A program made the position numbers and the translations under genes. DNA of 50,484 nucleotides, taken from an uncultured archaeon (GTDB lineage Archaea; Aenigmatarchaeota; Aenigmatarchaeia; QMZP01; JAFGSV01). Shown piece after piece: positions 8,675 to 17,182 of this stretch (position 1 is the stretch's first letter; every line of letters starts with the position of its first letter). Where the stretch lies: contig CAZTRL010000003.1 in the NCBI GenBank assembly GCA_964616715.1, forward strand, positions 1 through 50,484. The letters are read 5' to 3'. The notes beneath the pieces were generated by a model, which was not told where the DNA came from, did no database searches, and saw nothing but the letters and a program-made list of their open reading frames with translations.

Positions 8675-9730
8675 TCACTTCCTGCCGAAGACCCTCCAGC
8701 TCCTGCCGCCGAGCGAGGTCACCGATATGTCTCTCAGGCCGGCGTTCTTGGCCCACTGCATCGCCTCTTCCTTCGTGTAGTAGGTGTTTATAGGCGTCCC
8801 AAGAAAGTCGTAAGAGTCGGCAAGCTTCACCCTGAACGGGAATTTGGCGTAGTTCTTGAAAGGGAGCTTTTCCGCGAGGCCATTCGCACCCACCCTCTTC
8901 AGTATTTTGTGGACTCCGTTCATGGAATGATATAGCGTAGCCGGTAGGTAGCAGAAGTAGTAGAGCAACCTCTGCGGCATCTTCAGCGTGGCTTTCCTTA
9001 TCGTGCCCTCAAGGAACCTAGTCTTGAATGCCCTACCTTCGCTCCCGTAGAGCCATATGAATATCTCGTCGCCCTTGCGCAGGAGCTTTACCAGGCTATC
9101 GTAACCCTTCTCGGGCTGGGGCAGATGGTGCAACACACCTATGGACATCACGAAGTCGAAGGCCTTCCTGAAGGGCGGGTTGTATATGTCGCCCTGCACT
9201 ATGCTGACGTTTGGCATCTTCCCGCAGTTCCTGTAGGCTGCCTCGACAGCCTCGCTGAGGTCGAAGCCGACGACCTCGGCTCCATACTTGGCCGCATAAT
9301 ACGTGTGCCTGCCGAATCCGCAGCCTGCGTCGAGCACGGTCTTGCCCCTGAAGAATGCGGGTGTCTTCGGGTGGACGTAGTTGAGGAAGTTCTTCTCGTA
9401 TTCTCTGTGCATCTCCGAGAACACGTTCCACTGGAAGCCGAAAGACTTCGAAGTCCTCTCCTTGACTTCCTGGGACTTGCCCGTCTCGGCAGTTCCGGAA
9501 GAGATGGCGGGATTGCCGTGCCTCTCCCTGAAAGAGTCCATGAGCTGCCTGCTTATCATAGATTCCGGAAGCATCCTGGGTATGCCGTGTATCACCGGGT
9601 AGCTGTTGCCGCACCCCTTGCAGGTGAGCAGTCCCTCGGCTATCTCTCTTCCATCCTTTTCGAGCACTCTGAGGCTCAGCCCCTTCCCGCAGGAAGGGCA
9701 TATAAGCATCGACAGCAGTCTCGGTTTCAT
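8675..9730 (-). CDS. Class I SAM methyltransferase with an N-terminal Trm112-like zinc ribbon
   Basis: 351 aa. CPSC..CKGC plus YPVIHGIPRML form the Trm112-like ribbon. VLDAGCGFGRHT is SAM motif I. FDFVMSIGVLHHL is also present. Confidence 0.8.
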   Translation of the reverse strand: MKPRLLSMLICPSCGKGLSLRVLEKDGREIAEGLLTCKGCGNSYPVIHGIPRMLPESMISRQLMDSFRERHGNPAISSGTAETGKSQEVKERTSKSFGFQWNVFSEMHREYEKNFLNYVHPKTPAFFRGKTVLDAGCGFGRHTYYAAKYGAEVVGFDLSEAVEAAYRNCGKMPNVSIVQGDIYNPPFRKAFDFVMSIGVLHHLPQPEKGYDSLVKLLRKGDEIFIWLYGSEGRAFKTRFLEGTIRKATLKMPQRLLYYFCYLPATLYHSMNGVHKILKRVGANGLAEKLPFKNYAKFPFRVKLADSYDFLGTPINTYYTKEEAMQWAKNAGLRDISVTSLGGRSWRVFGRK

Positions 9731-9778
9731 GGAACCAACATTTTGTTTATCATGAGAATGTTATAAATTGTTTAATTG

Positions 9779-11611
9779 TCAGCTGCAGGGAAGCCTGTAG
9801 ACCCTTACGAGCGGGGCGCCGTAGTACATGACTGAATATGCGGGGTCCCCCACTTCCATGCAGCGTCTTGAGACTTCGTTGAAGTATACCCGGGAGTCGA
9901 TGAGGCCGAACCTTGACATGAGGACGATGTAATCTATGTTCTCGAAGTCCTCTGTGCTGTTCACTCCGTCATAGCCTATTATCCTCTTGTCGGGGCTGAG
10001 AATGGTCGCCTGCTCGAAGTTGAACTCCCCGAGCCCGCCGCCTGAGACATCCATCCTGTCGGCAATCTGCCCTATGTCCCCGTACTCGTACGTGTTGAAT
10101 ATGTTGTTCGCCATGGGAACGTATATTGAGGAGCCGTTAGCGGCGTTCTCCTGCAGCCAGTATGCCGCGTCCAGGTACGCCTCCCCCGACCATTCAACCT
10201 CATAGAGCCCGCTCCCGTAGACGCCTCCTGTCCCTCCTACGATTGAGTTGAAGTAGGCGTCCGTGTGGCCAGACATTATGGCGAATGCGCCGGGGACGAT
10301 TATCAGCATGGCTACGAACGCTGTCAGGGCCGTCATGTTGTCCTTGAGCACCTTCGGGAGCCTTCTTGACCTGAGGGCCCGGTCAGCGCCTATGCCCGCC
10401 AGGATGCCTAGGAAAAGGAACGACTGGATGAACTGCTGGACACCGTTGTATGCGACGTTGACTATGCTCAGCACGACCATCGGCGTGAGGGCGCTCAGGA
10501 GGATGAGGAAGGAGACGCGGTTGTCCAGGCTAATCGTGTCCTTCAGTGCGTGGTAGGCGCCGAAGATGGAAAGCGCGAGAATGGGCACGGGCATCGTAGA
10601 GGCAGCCAGCGTGAATATGTAAGCCCACGAAGGGCTGCCTATGACGCTTCCCATGAAATAGACGGTGGGAAGCCCTCCGCTTATGTGGTTAAGGTAATAA
10701 CCCATCCACCAGTAAAACCTCTTGAAGCTGTCGTACCAAAGCCACGGCCACGCGAGCACCCACACGACTGGAGTTATGAAGATTAATGATAGTATGCCCG
10801 CGGAGACGTTGTGAAACCTTCCATGCATGGTGTCACTGAATGTTTTCTTTAGACGGTCTCTGTAAGATACGACTAGCCAGAGAAGTATGACGAATGGTAT
10901 GAATATGGACTGGGCCTTTGTCGTTAGCGTCAGTCCCATCATGACCCCGGCAAGTGCGCCGTACCTCCAGTCCTTTATACCCCTCCAGAAGAACCAGAGC
11001 GTTATGATCCAGAATATCGAGACCGACAGGTCCATAAGGACGTACATGGACTGCCCGAAGAACCTCGGCATGAATATTATCGAGAGCACGGAGAATATGG
11101 CCGCTCTCCTGCTGTACGCCCGGTTGATGAATATGTACACGAAAAGGAGACCCGCTGCAGTCAGCAGCAGTATTGCCAGCCGGTGCGCCATGATTGAGGG
11201 TATGAGGTCCAGACTGCCGCCGTTAAGGTACCACACGCCGGCCCAGGTGATTCCCGAGAGCGTGAGGGGAAGCTTCGGCCTGCCGTCCCAGCACCTGCTT
11301 CCCCAGACAGCGTCGTAATCACCGGTGATGAAGTCGTTTGTTATGTCGCAGAAGAAAAGGTCTTCGGTGCCGGTAGCCATGGAATAGAGCGAGTATGCCC
11401 TCGCCTTGGCCTGCGCTATGTACCTGTTCTCGTCCCATGTCACCCCGGTCGAGGGGAGCGACCACAGTGCGAGCGAGAGGTACAGCAGTATCAAGGGGGC
11501 CGCTACGAGTATGTCCTTCCTCCTGTTTGAAAAGTGTTTTCCGTGACTCGGACGGCGAGGCCTCCACTTGTGTCTTATTATTATCGGTCTCCCCGTTTTA
11601 AGCAGCGCCAT
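9779..11611 (-). CDS. GT-C fold membrane glycosyltransferase (ArnT/PMT, GT39/GT83-like)
   Basis: 610 aa. It has about 12 hydrophobic segments plus a soluble C-terminal domain of about 170 aa. The first external loop carries the acidic motif VTWDENRY. There is no WWDYG motif, so I do not call it AglB. Confidence 0.75.
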   Translation of the reverse strand: MALLKTGRPIIIRHKWRPRRPSHGKHFSNRRKDILVAAPLILLYLSLALWSLPSTGVTWDENRYIAQAKARAYSLYSMATGTEDLFFCDITNDFITGDYDAVWGSRCWDGRPKLPLTLSGITWAGVWYLNGGSLDLIPSIMAHRLAILLLTAAGLLFVYIFINRAYSRRAAIFSVLSIIFMPRFFGQSMYVLMDLSVSIFWIITLWFFWRGIKDWRYGALAGVMMGLTLTTKAQSIFIPFVILLWLVVSYRDRLKKTFSDTMHGRFHNVSAGILSLIFITPVVWVLAWPWLWYDSFKRFYWWMGYYLNHISGGLPTVYFMGSVIGSPSWAYIFTLAASTMPVPILALSIFGAYHALKDTISLDNRVSFLILLSALTPMVVLSIVNVAYNGVQQFIQSFLFLGILAGIGADRALRSRRLPKVLKDNMTALTAFVAMLIIVPGAFAIMSGHTDAYFNSIVGGTGGVYGSGLYEVEWSGEAYLDAAYWLQENAANGSSIYVPMANNIFNTYEYGDIGQIADRMDVSGGGLGEFNFEQATILSPDKRIIGYDGVNSTEDFENIDYIVLMSRFGLIDSRVYFNEVSRRCMEVGDPAYSVMYYGAPLVRVYRLPCS

Positions 11612-11671
11612 GGAAGTTGCACCATCCCCATCCGGTCGGGCCCGGACACGGTTCGCCAGGCCCGGAATCGC

Positions 11672-12403
11672 TCACTTCTCCCCCACGAGTATGACGTTCT
11701 TTATGTCTATCAGGCAGTCGTCGTCCGTAACCGTCATATTGTATGCATCTTTGAAGTAGCCGCCCGCATTGGCGTGCAGGTCGAATATCTTGTCCTGGTT
11801 CTCCTTGCTTATGCCGCTGTTGACGAGCCAGTTCTTGACGCTCATCTGCTTTATTGTGTGGATTATGACAGATACGTTACTGAAACCTGATTTCTTCATC
11901 ATGTTGACGAGGTCGTCTTCCATGAACGTCAGCCTCTCTTCCTTGTACTTGAATATCTTCATGTAGTCGTCCTTTACCGTTTCGGAGGGGGGAACGCCCT
12001 CTGCGAGTATCATCTTCCCGCCCTTCTTGAGGATGCGGAAGCATTCATCCATGGCCTTTTGGGTGTCTTCCAGAATGTGGTGGAAGACGAGCCTCGCCGT
12101 AATCTTGTCGAAAACCTCGCCGCAGAATATGCTTTCGCGGATGTCCCTCTTTATGAAATACTTGTTGCCGCTCCAATTGCTGTGCTCAAGCATGTCCTGG
12201 GACTTGTCGATTCCTATGACCTCCCGGACAAGCGGCGATATGGAATGCGCTATCACTCCGGTGCCCGTCCCTATGTCAAGCACCATGTCCGTGTCCCTGA
12301 AGCCGCCGGCTTCTATGAACACATCGATGAATGACTTGTCATTCACCCACGAAAGATTGTTGTATTTCTTGGATCTCATCTTCCAGAATTCTGAATCATT
12401 CAT
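11672..12403 (-). CDS. Class I SAM methyltransferase
   Basis: The track start 12409 is GTG and the ATG is at 12403. Motifs are VLDIGTGTGV (motif I) and ILKKGGKMIL. Confidence 0.8.
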   Translation of the reverse strand: MNDSEFWKMRSKKYNNLSWVNDKSFIDVFIEAGGFRDTDMVLDIGTGTGVIAHSISPLVREVIGIDKSQDMLEHSNWSGNKYFIKRDIRESIFCGEVFDKITARLVFHHILEDTQKAMDECFRILKKGGKMILAEGVPPSETVKDDYMKIFKYKEERLTFMEDDLVNMMKKSGFSNVSVIIHTIKQMSVKNWLVNSGISKENQDKIFDLHANAGGYFKDAYNMTVTDDDCLIDIKNVILVGEK

Positions 12404-12422
12404 GTTCACATTCTGAACGCGA

Positions 12423-12433
12423 ATATATAAAAA
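12423..12433 (-). promoter_or_regulatory. TATA box (minus strand tttttatatat) for the methyltransferase/GT-C/methyltransferase operon
   Basis: It is centred about 25 nt upstream of ATG 12403, with leaderless geometry. Confidence 0.45.
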
Positions 12434-12565
12434 GCTTGAACCTTCGGAGGAATGGCGCCGTCTGATTCCATTTCAGCCAAGGCCGCCGACAAGCCATGGA
12501 TAACGATGGATTCCGCGCCCAAAGTTATTTATCCTGCTCTGTCTAGATAGTAACAGGTACCGATT

Positions 12566-13288
12566 ATGGTCGAGGGCATAAGGGAATTGAGGAAGAAGTG
12601 CCAGCCGGCTGGGGACAAGTTCTGGCTTGACAGGATAATGAGGAAGGTCTCAATATACGTGACCAAGCTGTTCCTCGTCGCGGGAATAAGCGCTAACCAG
12701 GCGACGCTGCTTTCCACGTCCCTCATGTGGCTGTCATTCATCCCGCTCATGTTCACCCAGTTCTGGTATGGTGCATTTCTTAGCGGTTTCATCCTCATGG
12801 TAGCCTATCTCTTCGACTATGTGGACGGCGAGGTCGCCAGGTACAGGGGGAGCAGGTATCTCGGGCGGCTTCTCGATGTGGCCTCCCATGACATGTTCTA
12901 TGTGGTGTTCGTCTTCATAGGGTTCGGCCTGTATTTCAGGACGTTCCAGATATGGTATGTAGTGGCGGGTCTCTCTGCGACCCTGTCCGTGCTCATGGCG
13001 AGGCTTCACCAGATGAGGCTGGAGTACATGAACATCTCCGCGAAGGTGAGGAAGGAGAACGGCAGGGCGGCGAGGCTGGCCTACAGGCTCACGCTGGCAA
13101 ACACGTTCCTTCCGGTGCTCTACATCCTCTCGCTGCTTGACCTGAATGCGTTTCTCCTGGCGTTCTACGGCGCATACAACCTCATCTTCTGGCTGGCATG
13201 GTTCGCAAGGAAGGGATGGTTCAACGTGCATGATACCGGAAAGGTGAAGGAAGTCGACGTGTGGAAAGAGATAGAAAAGCATGTATGA
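12566..13288 (+). CDS. CDP-alcohol phosphatidyltransferase family membrane protein
   Basis: 240 aa and polytopic. DYVDGEVARYRGSRYLGRLLDVASHD approximates the family motif D-G-x2-A-R-x7/8-G-x3-D-x3/4-D. Confidence 0.75.
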   Translation: MVEGIRELRKKCQPAGDKFWLDRIMRKVSIYVTKLFLVAGISANQATLLSTSLMWLSFIPLMFTQFWYGAFLSGFILMVAYLFDYVDGEVARYRGSRYLGRLLDVASHDMFYVVFVFIGFGLYFRTFQIWYVVAGLSATLSVLMARLHQMRLEYMNISAKVRKENGRAARLAYRLTLANTFLPVLYILSLLDLNAFLLAFYGAYNLIFWLAWFARKGWFNVHDTGKVKEVDVWKEIEKHV

Positions 13289-14086
13289 ATGCATGACGAG
13301 CTTATTAAATTTGCGCTCAATTTTTTGAATTGTGGTTATATGTCACTGAAGATGCTTGCTCCATCTTTCCGCAACAGGTTTCTGAGGGCTTCGGAGAACC
13401 TGGGAAAAGGGACGGACCTGCTGAACGTCGGCTGCGGGGATGGCGAATACAACAGGAAGCTCTCGGGCAGTTTCACTGTGACGCACGGCATTGACATAAA
13501 CGAGGACGAGATAAGGTATGCATCTTCCATCCCCGGGAATTCACGCTTCATGGTCGGAAGCGCATGCGAGATGCCGATAAGGAGCGGCATGTTCAGCAGT
13601 GTATGCTGCATAGACGTGATAGAGCACATAGATGATGACATGCCCGTCATACGGGAGATTTCAAGGGTGATGAAGAAGGGCGGCAAGCTTGTCATATCGG
13701 TGCCAAACAGGAATTTTCCCTTCACGTATGACCCTGTAAACGCGTTCCTGAGGATGTTTGGGAAGAAGCTCGGGGTAGGCATCTGGGGCTTCGGGCACCG
13801 CAGGCTGTATGACGCGGACGGTCTTTCGCGGGCACTGAAGGAGAACGGCCTCGAGGTGGAGGAGGTCCAGTACCTGAACAGCTACTTCTCGGGACTCGTG
13901 GAGAACTACGTCTCCAACGTACTCTACAGGTTCCTGAAGCCGAAGAAAGGCGTAAGAAAGGAAGGCAGGGAACCTCCGAGAGCGCTCCAGCGGTTGACCG
14001 ATGTCATACTGGATATCGACAAGAGGCTGTTTGCGGATTCCAAGGTCAGCATCGGCATAATGATAAGGGCGAGGAAGGTGGGATGA
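13289..14086 (+). CDS. Class I SAM methyltransferase
   Basis: 265 aa. Motifs are LLNVGCGDGEY (motif I), CIDVIEHIDDD and KKGGKLVISVP. It starts immediately after the upstream TGA. Confidence 0.8.
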   Translation: MHDELIKFALNFLNCGYMSLKMLAPSFRNRFLRASENLGKGTDLLNVGCGDGEYNRKLSGSFTVTHGIDINEDEIRYASSIPGNSRFMVGSACEMPIRSGMFSSVCCIDVIEHIDDDMPVIREISRVMKKGGKLVISVPNRNFPFTYDPVNAFLRMFGKKLGVGIWGFGHRRLYDADGLSRALKENGLEVEEVQYLNSYFSGLVENYVSNVLYRFLKPKKGVRKEGREPPRALQRLTDVILDIDKRLFADSKVSIGIMIRARKVG

Positions 14087-15444
14087 TGAGGGTTGCGTTC
14101 GTGTTCCCGCCTCTCACGATGAAGGAGAGGTACAGCAAGAGTGTGGGCGACATCGGAGGCAATCTCGCCCCGCTGGGCCTGGCCTACCTTGCCGCGGTCT
14201 TGAGGCAGGACGGCCACGAGGTCATGATACTGGACGCTCCGGCCCTGAGGCTCGGCGCGGATGATGTCGTCAGAAGGCTCTCGGATTTCGGCCCGGAGAT
14301 GATCGGGATGACCGCACTGACATCGACGATCCACAGGACGGCCGAGATGAGCAGGCTCATGAAGAAGTCCTTCCCACGGGCGGCCATAGTCATAGGCGGG
14401 CCGCATGCGACCATAATGCCGGAGGACACGCTGAAAAAGACAGGCGCGGACGTGGTGCTGGCAGGCGAGGGCGAGATTACGGTAAGGGAGATAGCGCGGG
14501 ACTTGGGGCGGTTCAGGAAGAAGAGGATAGTCGTTGGGGAGCGCGTCGAGGACCTGGATTCCGTGCCATTCCCGGCGTGGGACCTCCTTCCGGTACATCT
14601 GTACACATCACTGCCGAACAACTACAAGAAGTCAAGGCACGTCCTCAACATGGTGACAAGCAGGGGGTGCCCCTTCAGGTGCACGTACTGCTGCAAGGAC
14701 CTCTATGGGGTGATGTACAGGACCAGAAGCGTCGACAACGTCATGGCCGAACTGAGGTTCCTCAGGAAGAGATACGGCATAAGGGAAGTGGCGTTCTGGG
14801 ATGACCTGTTCACGATGAAAAGGGACTGGGTGATGGAATTCTGCGACCGTCTGATAGCAGAGGGCATGGACATGACGTGGTCGTGCGAGACCAGGGTGAA
14901 CTATGTCGACTACGAGATGCTGAAGAAGATGAAGCAGGCCGGCTGCTGGAACGTGTTCTACGGGATAGAGGCGGGAGACCAGAAGCTTCTGAACAACATA
15001 AGAAAGGGGACCACGCTTGATATGATAAGGAAGGCCGTGAGGATGACCAGGAAGGCCGGGCTCGAGATAAGGGGCTCCTTCATGATCGCGCTTCCCGGAG
15101 AGACCCCGGAGCTTGCCAGGAAGACCATAAAGTTTGCGATAGAGCTCGACCCCGACTACGCGCAGTTCTCGATAACGACGCCGTTCCCCGGGACCGAGCT
15201 CTACGAGAAGGCGGAAGAGTGGGGAACGCTCAGCAAGGACTTCAACGAATACAACGAATGGAACCCGGTGTTCGTCCCAAGGGGCTACAGGAACGCGGGT
15301 GAGATAAGGAAGATGCACAAGGAGGCTTTCAGGAGCTTCTACCTGAGGCCCAAGTACATCGTGAAGAGGATAATGAAAATCAGGTCTCCAGACGATGTCG
15401 TGAAGAATATTCTCGGCCTTAGGATGATACTGGGGTTCAACTGA
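14083..15444 (+). CDS. B12-binding-domain radical SAM enzyme (class B rSAM)
   Basis: 453 aa. The N-terminal cobalamin-domain-like region is PLGLAYLAAVLRQDGHEVMILDA..GGPHAT..GEGE. SRGCPFRCTYCC is the CxxxCxxC motif. There is an ATGA overlap with the upstream methyltransferase. Confidence 0.85.
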   Translation: MMRVAFVFPPLTMKERYSKSVGDIGGNLAPLGLAYLAAVLRQDGHEVMILDAPALRLGADDVVRRLSDFGPEMIGMTALTSTIHRTAEMSRLMKKSFPRAAIVIGGPHATIMPEDTLKKTGADVVLAGEGEITVREIARDLGRFRKKRIVVGERVEDLDSVPFPAWDLLPVHLYTSLPNNYKKSRHVLNMVTSRGCPFRCTYCCKDLYGVMYRTRSVDNVMAELRFLRKRYGIREVAFWDDLFTMKRDWVMEFCDRLIAEGMDMTWSCETRVNYVDYEMLKKMKQAGCWNVFYGIEAGDQKLLNNIRKGTTLDMIRKAVRMTRKAGLEIRGSFMIALPGETPELARKTIKFAIELDPDYAQFSITTPFPGTELYEKAEEWGTLSKDFNEYNEWNPVFVPRGYRNAGEIRKMHKEAFRSFYLRPKYIVKRIMKIRSPDDVVKNILGLRMILGFN

Positions 15445-15445
15445 T

Positions 15446-16390
15446 TCACTTATTACGTTCTTCCGTGAGCGACAGGACGCCTCCGACAGCTGCCGGGATT
15501 ATGTACGTCACCAGCCCCGAGAGTATGCTAAGCGCCATTACCTGTTGTGCGAGCACACCATAAAAAGAGAAGAGGAACAGCCACACCGCCTCCCTGGTAC
15601 CCCACCCGCCGACGGTTATCGGAATCAGCGCAACAATCGTGGCAAGCGGTTGTATGGTCAGTATGGCCGTGAACGGGACGTCTATGCCTATCGAGAGCGC
15701 CGCCATGTATGATGCGCTGTATATCGACACCCAGGCGGCAAGCGATATCAGGGATGGTACCACAAGGGCCCTCACGTGTATCATGTTCTTGAAGAAGGAG
15801 TTGAAGGCTTCACGGAGCTCTCCCTTCATGCTCTTTGGCACGAGGACCTTCCAGAATATCTTCAGGAGCTTTCTGCTGGTGTTCTCCCTGAGCAATATGA
15901 CGACGAAAGCCCCGAAGACCGCGAAGGCGGCCAGTATGAGCACGAGCAGCGAAGGTGAGATGAAATTGACGAGATAGACCAGGCCTGCTATTGCAAGAAG
16001 GAAGAGCACGAGCATGTCGATGATCCTCTCGACAACAAGGTTCACGCTGCACTCCCCGAGTGATTTCCCCGTGCATTTCTGTATGTACTTCACCCTGAGG
16101 AATGTGCCTATTTTGCCAGGGGTTATGAATCCGTAGAATGCACCTATCATGTATATCTTGTAGAGCTTTTTGTAGCCTATATCGATTCGCTGCCCGGAGA
16201 GTATCATCTTCCACTTGAGGTTCTGCAGGCTGAAATTCACGATTACGAGGACGCATGCAATCGCGAGGTAGAAAGGGTTGAGCAGAAGGAATACCGAGAC
16301 TATGTTGCCTATGCCCGCGCTTAACACGAGATATGCGAATATGGCAAGCCCCACGACCGGAAGGAACCTGGACGGTTTTATGGCCATCAT
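15446..16390 (-). CDS. Polytopic membrane protein, UPF0104 / LPG-synthase-TM 'flippase-like' family (family name recalled, not searched)
   Basis: 314 aa with about 8 TM segments. It is a clear paralogue of 33256-34236 (LKWKMIL/LKWNVII, GFITPGKIGTFLR/GIITPGRIGDLSR). It lies 16 nt downstream of a GT2 gene. Confidence 0.65.
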   Translation of the reverse strand: MMAIKPSRFLPVVGLAIFAYLVLSAGIGNIVSVFLLLNPFYLAIACVLVIVNFSLQNLKWKMILSGQRIDIGYKKLYKIYMIGAFYGFITPGKIGTFLRVKYIQKCTGKSLGECSVNLVVERIIDMLVLFLLAIAGLVYLVNFISPSLLVLILAAFAVFGAFVVILLRENTSRKLLKIFWKVLVPKSMKGELREAFNSFFKNMIHVRALVVPSLISLAAWVSIYSASYMAALSIGIDVPFTAILTIQPLATIVALIPITVGGWGTREAVWLFLFSFYGVLAQQVMALSILSGLVTYIIPAAVGGVLSLTEERNK

Positions 16391-16406
16391 TATGTATGAT
16401 TCGGCT

Positions 16407-17132
16407 TTATTTTATTTTGCTGAAGAGCCTGAACTTGACGACGCTGAAAAACATCATCGGGACGGCCCTGCTCATCTTCAGGCTCGAGAGTTCCTTGTCT
16501 TTCCACTCTATCGGGACCTCCTTTATCCTGTAGCCGTGCTTCTTTGCCATGAACAGGAGAAGAGCGTCGAAAGCGAAGTTCGTGACATCCAGCTCTGCCG
16601 CAATCTTTCTCAGGGCGGTGCCTCTGAAAATCTTTGCCGGGCACTGGGTATCCTTGTACGGGAGCCCGAGGACTGCGCGGGTGAGGAGGTTGAATCCCCT
16701 GCTTGCAATCCTCCTTGCAAGAGGCTGCTTGTCTAAAACCTTGGATCCCTTCATCCATCTGGAGCCTATTATGCCGTCGTAGCCGCCTATGCCCTTCAGG
16801 AGCCTCAGCATCTCGCCCGGGGGTGTCGCCCCGTCGGCATCGGTGTATGCTATGTACTCCCCCCTGGCCTCAAGGAAACCGCTCAGAAGGCCGCCGCCCT
16901 TTCCGACATTGGCCTTGAGCTCCTTGAACCTTATGTGGCCGTGCTCTTCTGCCTTCTGCCTGACTACCGCGCCGGTACCGTCAGTGCAGCCGTCAAGTAC
17001 AACCACTATCTCGTATCTCACCTTGTTTCTCTTCAGGCGCGTTGAGAACATGTCGAGGGTGGGCCCTATCCTCCTCTCCTCGTTGTAAGCCGGGACGACT
17101 ATGCTAAGTTCCGGAACGGGCATCCTTTTCAT
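16407..17132 (-). CDS. GT2 polyprenyl/dolichyl-phosphate hexose synthase-like glycosyltransferase (DPM1/ALG5/AglJ type)
   Basis: The track start 17174 is TTG. ATG 17132 gives MKRMPVPELSIVVPAYNEERRIG. Other motifs are VVLDGCTDGT and YTDADG (DxD). Confidence 0.85.
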   Translation of the reverse strand: MKRMPVPELSIVVPAYNEERRIGPTLDMFSTRLKRNKVRYEIVVVLDGCTDGTGAVVRQKAEEHGHIRFKELKANVGKGGGLLSGFLEARGEYIAYTDADGATPPGEMLRLLKGIGGYDGIIGSRWMKGSKVLDKQPLARRIASRGFNLLTRAVLGLPYKDTQCPAKIFRGTALRKIAAELDVTNFAFDALLLFMAKKHGYRIKEVPIEWKDKELSSLKMSRAVPMMFFSVVKFRLFSKIK

Positions 17133-17182
17133 AGATTCAGTATGGACGTGATACTTAAATTTGGATTTTATCAATATTATGT

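Noticed and set aside
9779-11611. The possibility that one of the three GT-C proteins (also 23234-24778 and 31060-32610) is the oligosaccharyltransferase AglB/STT3
   Set aside because: None contains a WWDYG-type motif or the size and architecture of STT3. Their loop-1 acidic motifs and lengths fit ArnT/PMT-like families better.
11612-11671. A GC-rich spacer with a gggccc-centred near-palindrome (gtcgggcccggac) and repeated (a/g)ggcccgga
   Set aside because: The elements are short and imperfect, and they lie in a 60-nt spacer between co-oriented genes. No promoter or terminator features are present. This is most simply an untranslated intercistronic region.
12434-12520. The longest non-coding stretch (162 bp between divergent genes), checked for a tRNA or small RNA
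   Set aside because: It has no tRNA-like T-arm or acceptor complementarity. Only 5-bp stems are present (ggaat..attcc). Both ends are accounted for by TATA-like elements for the flanking genes.
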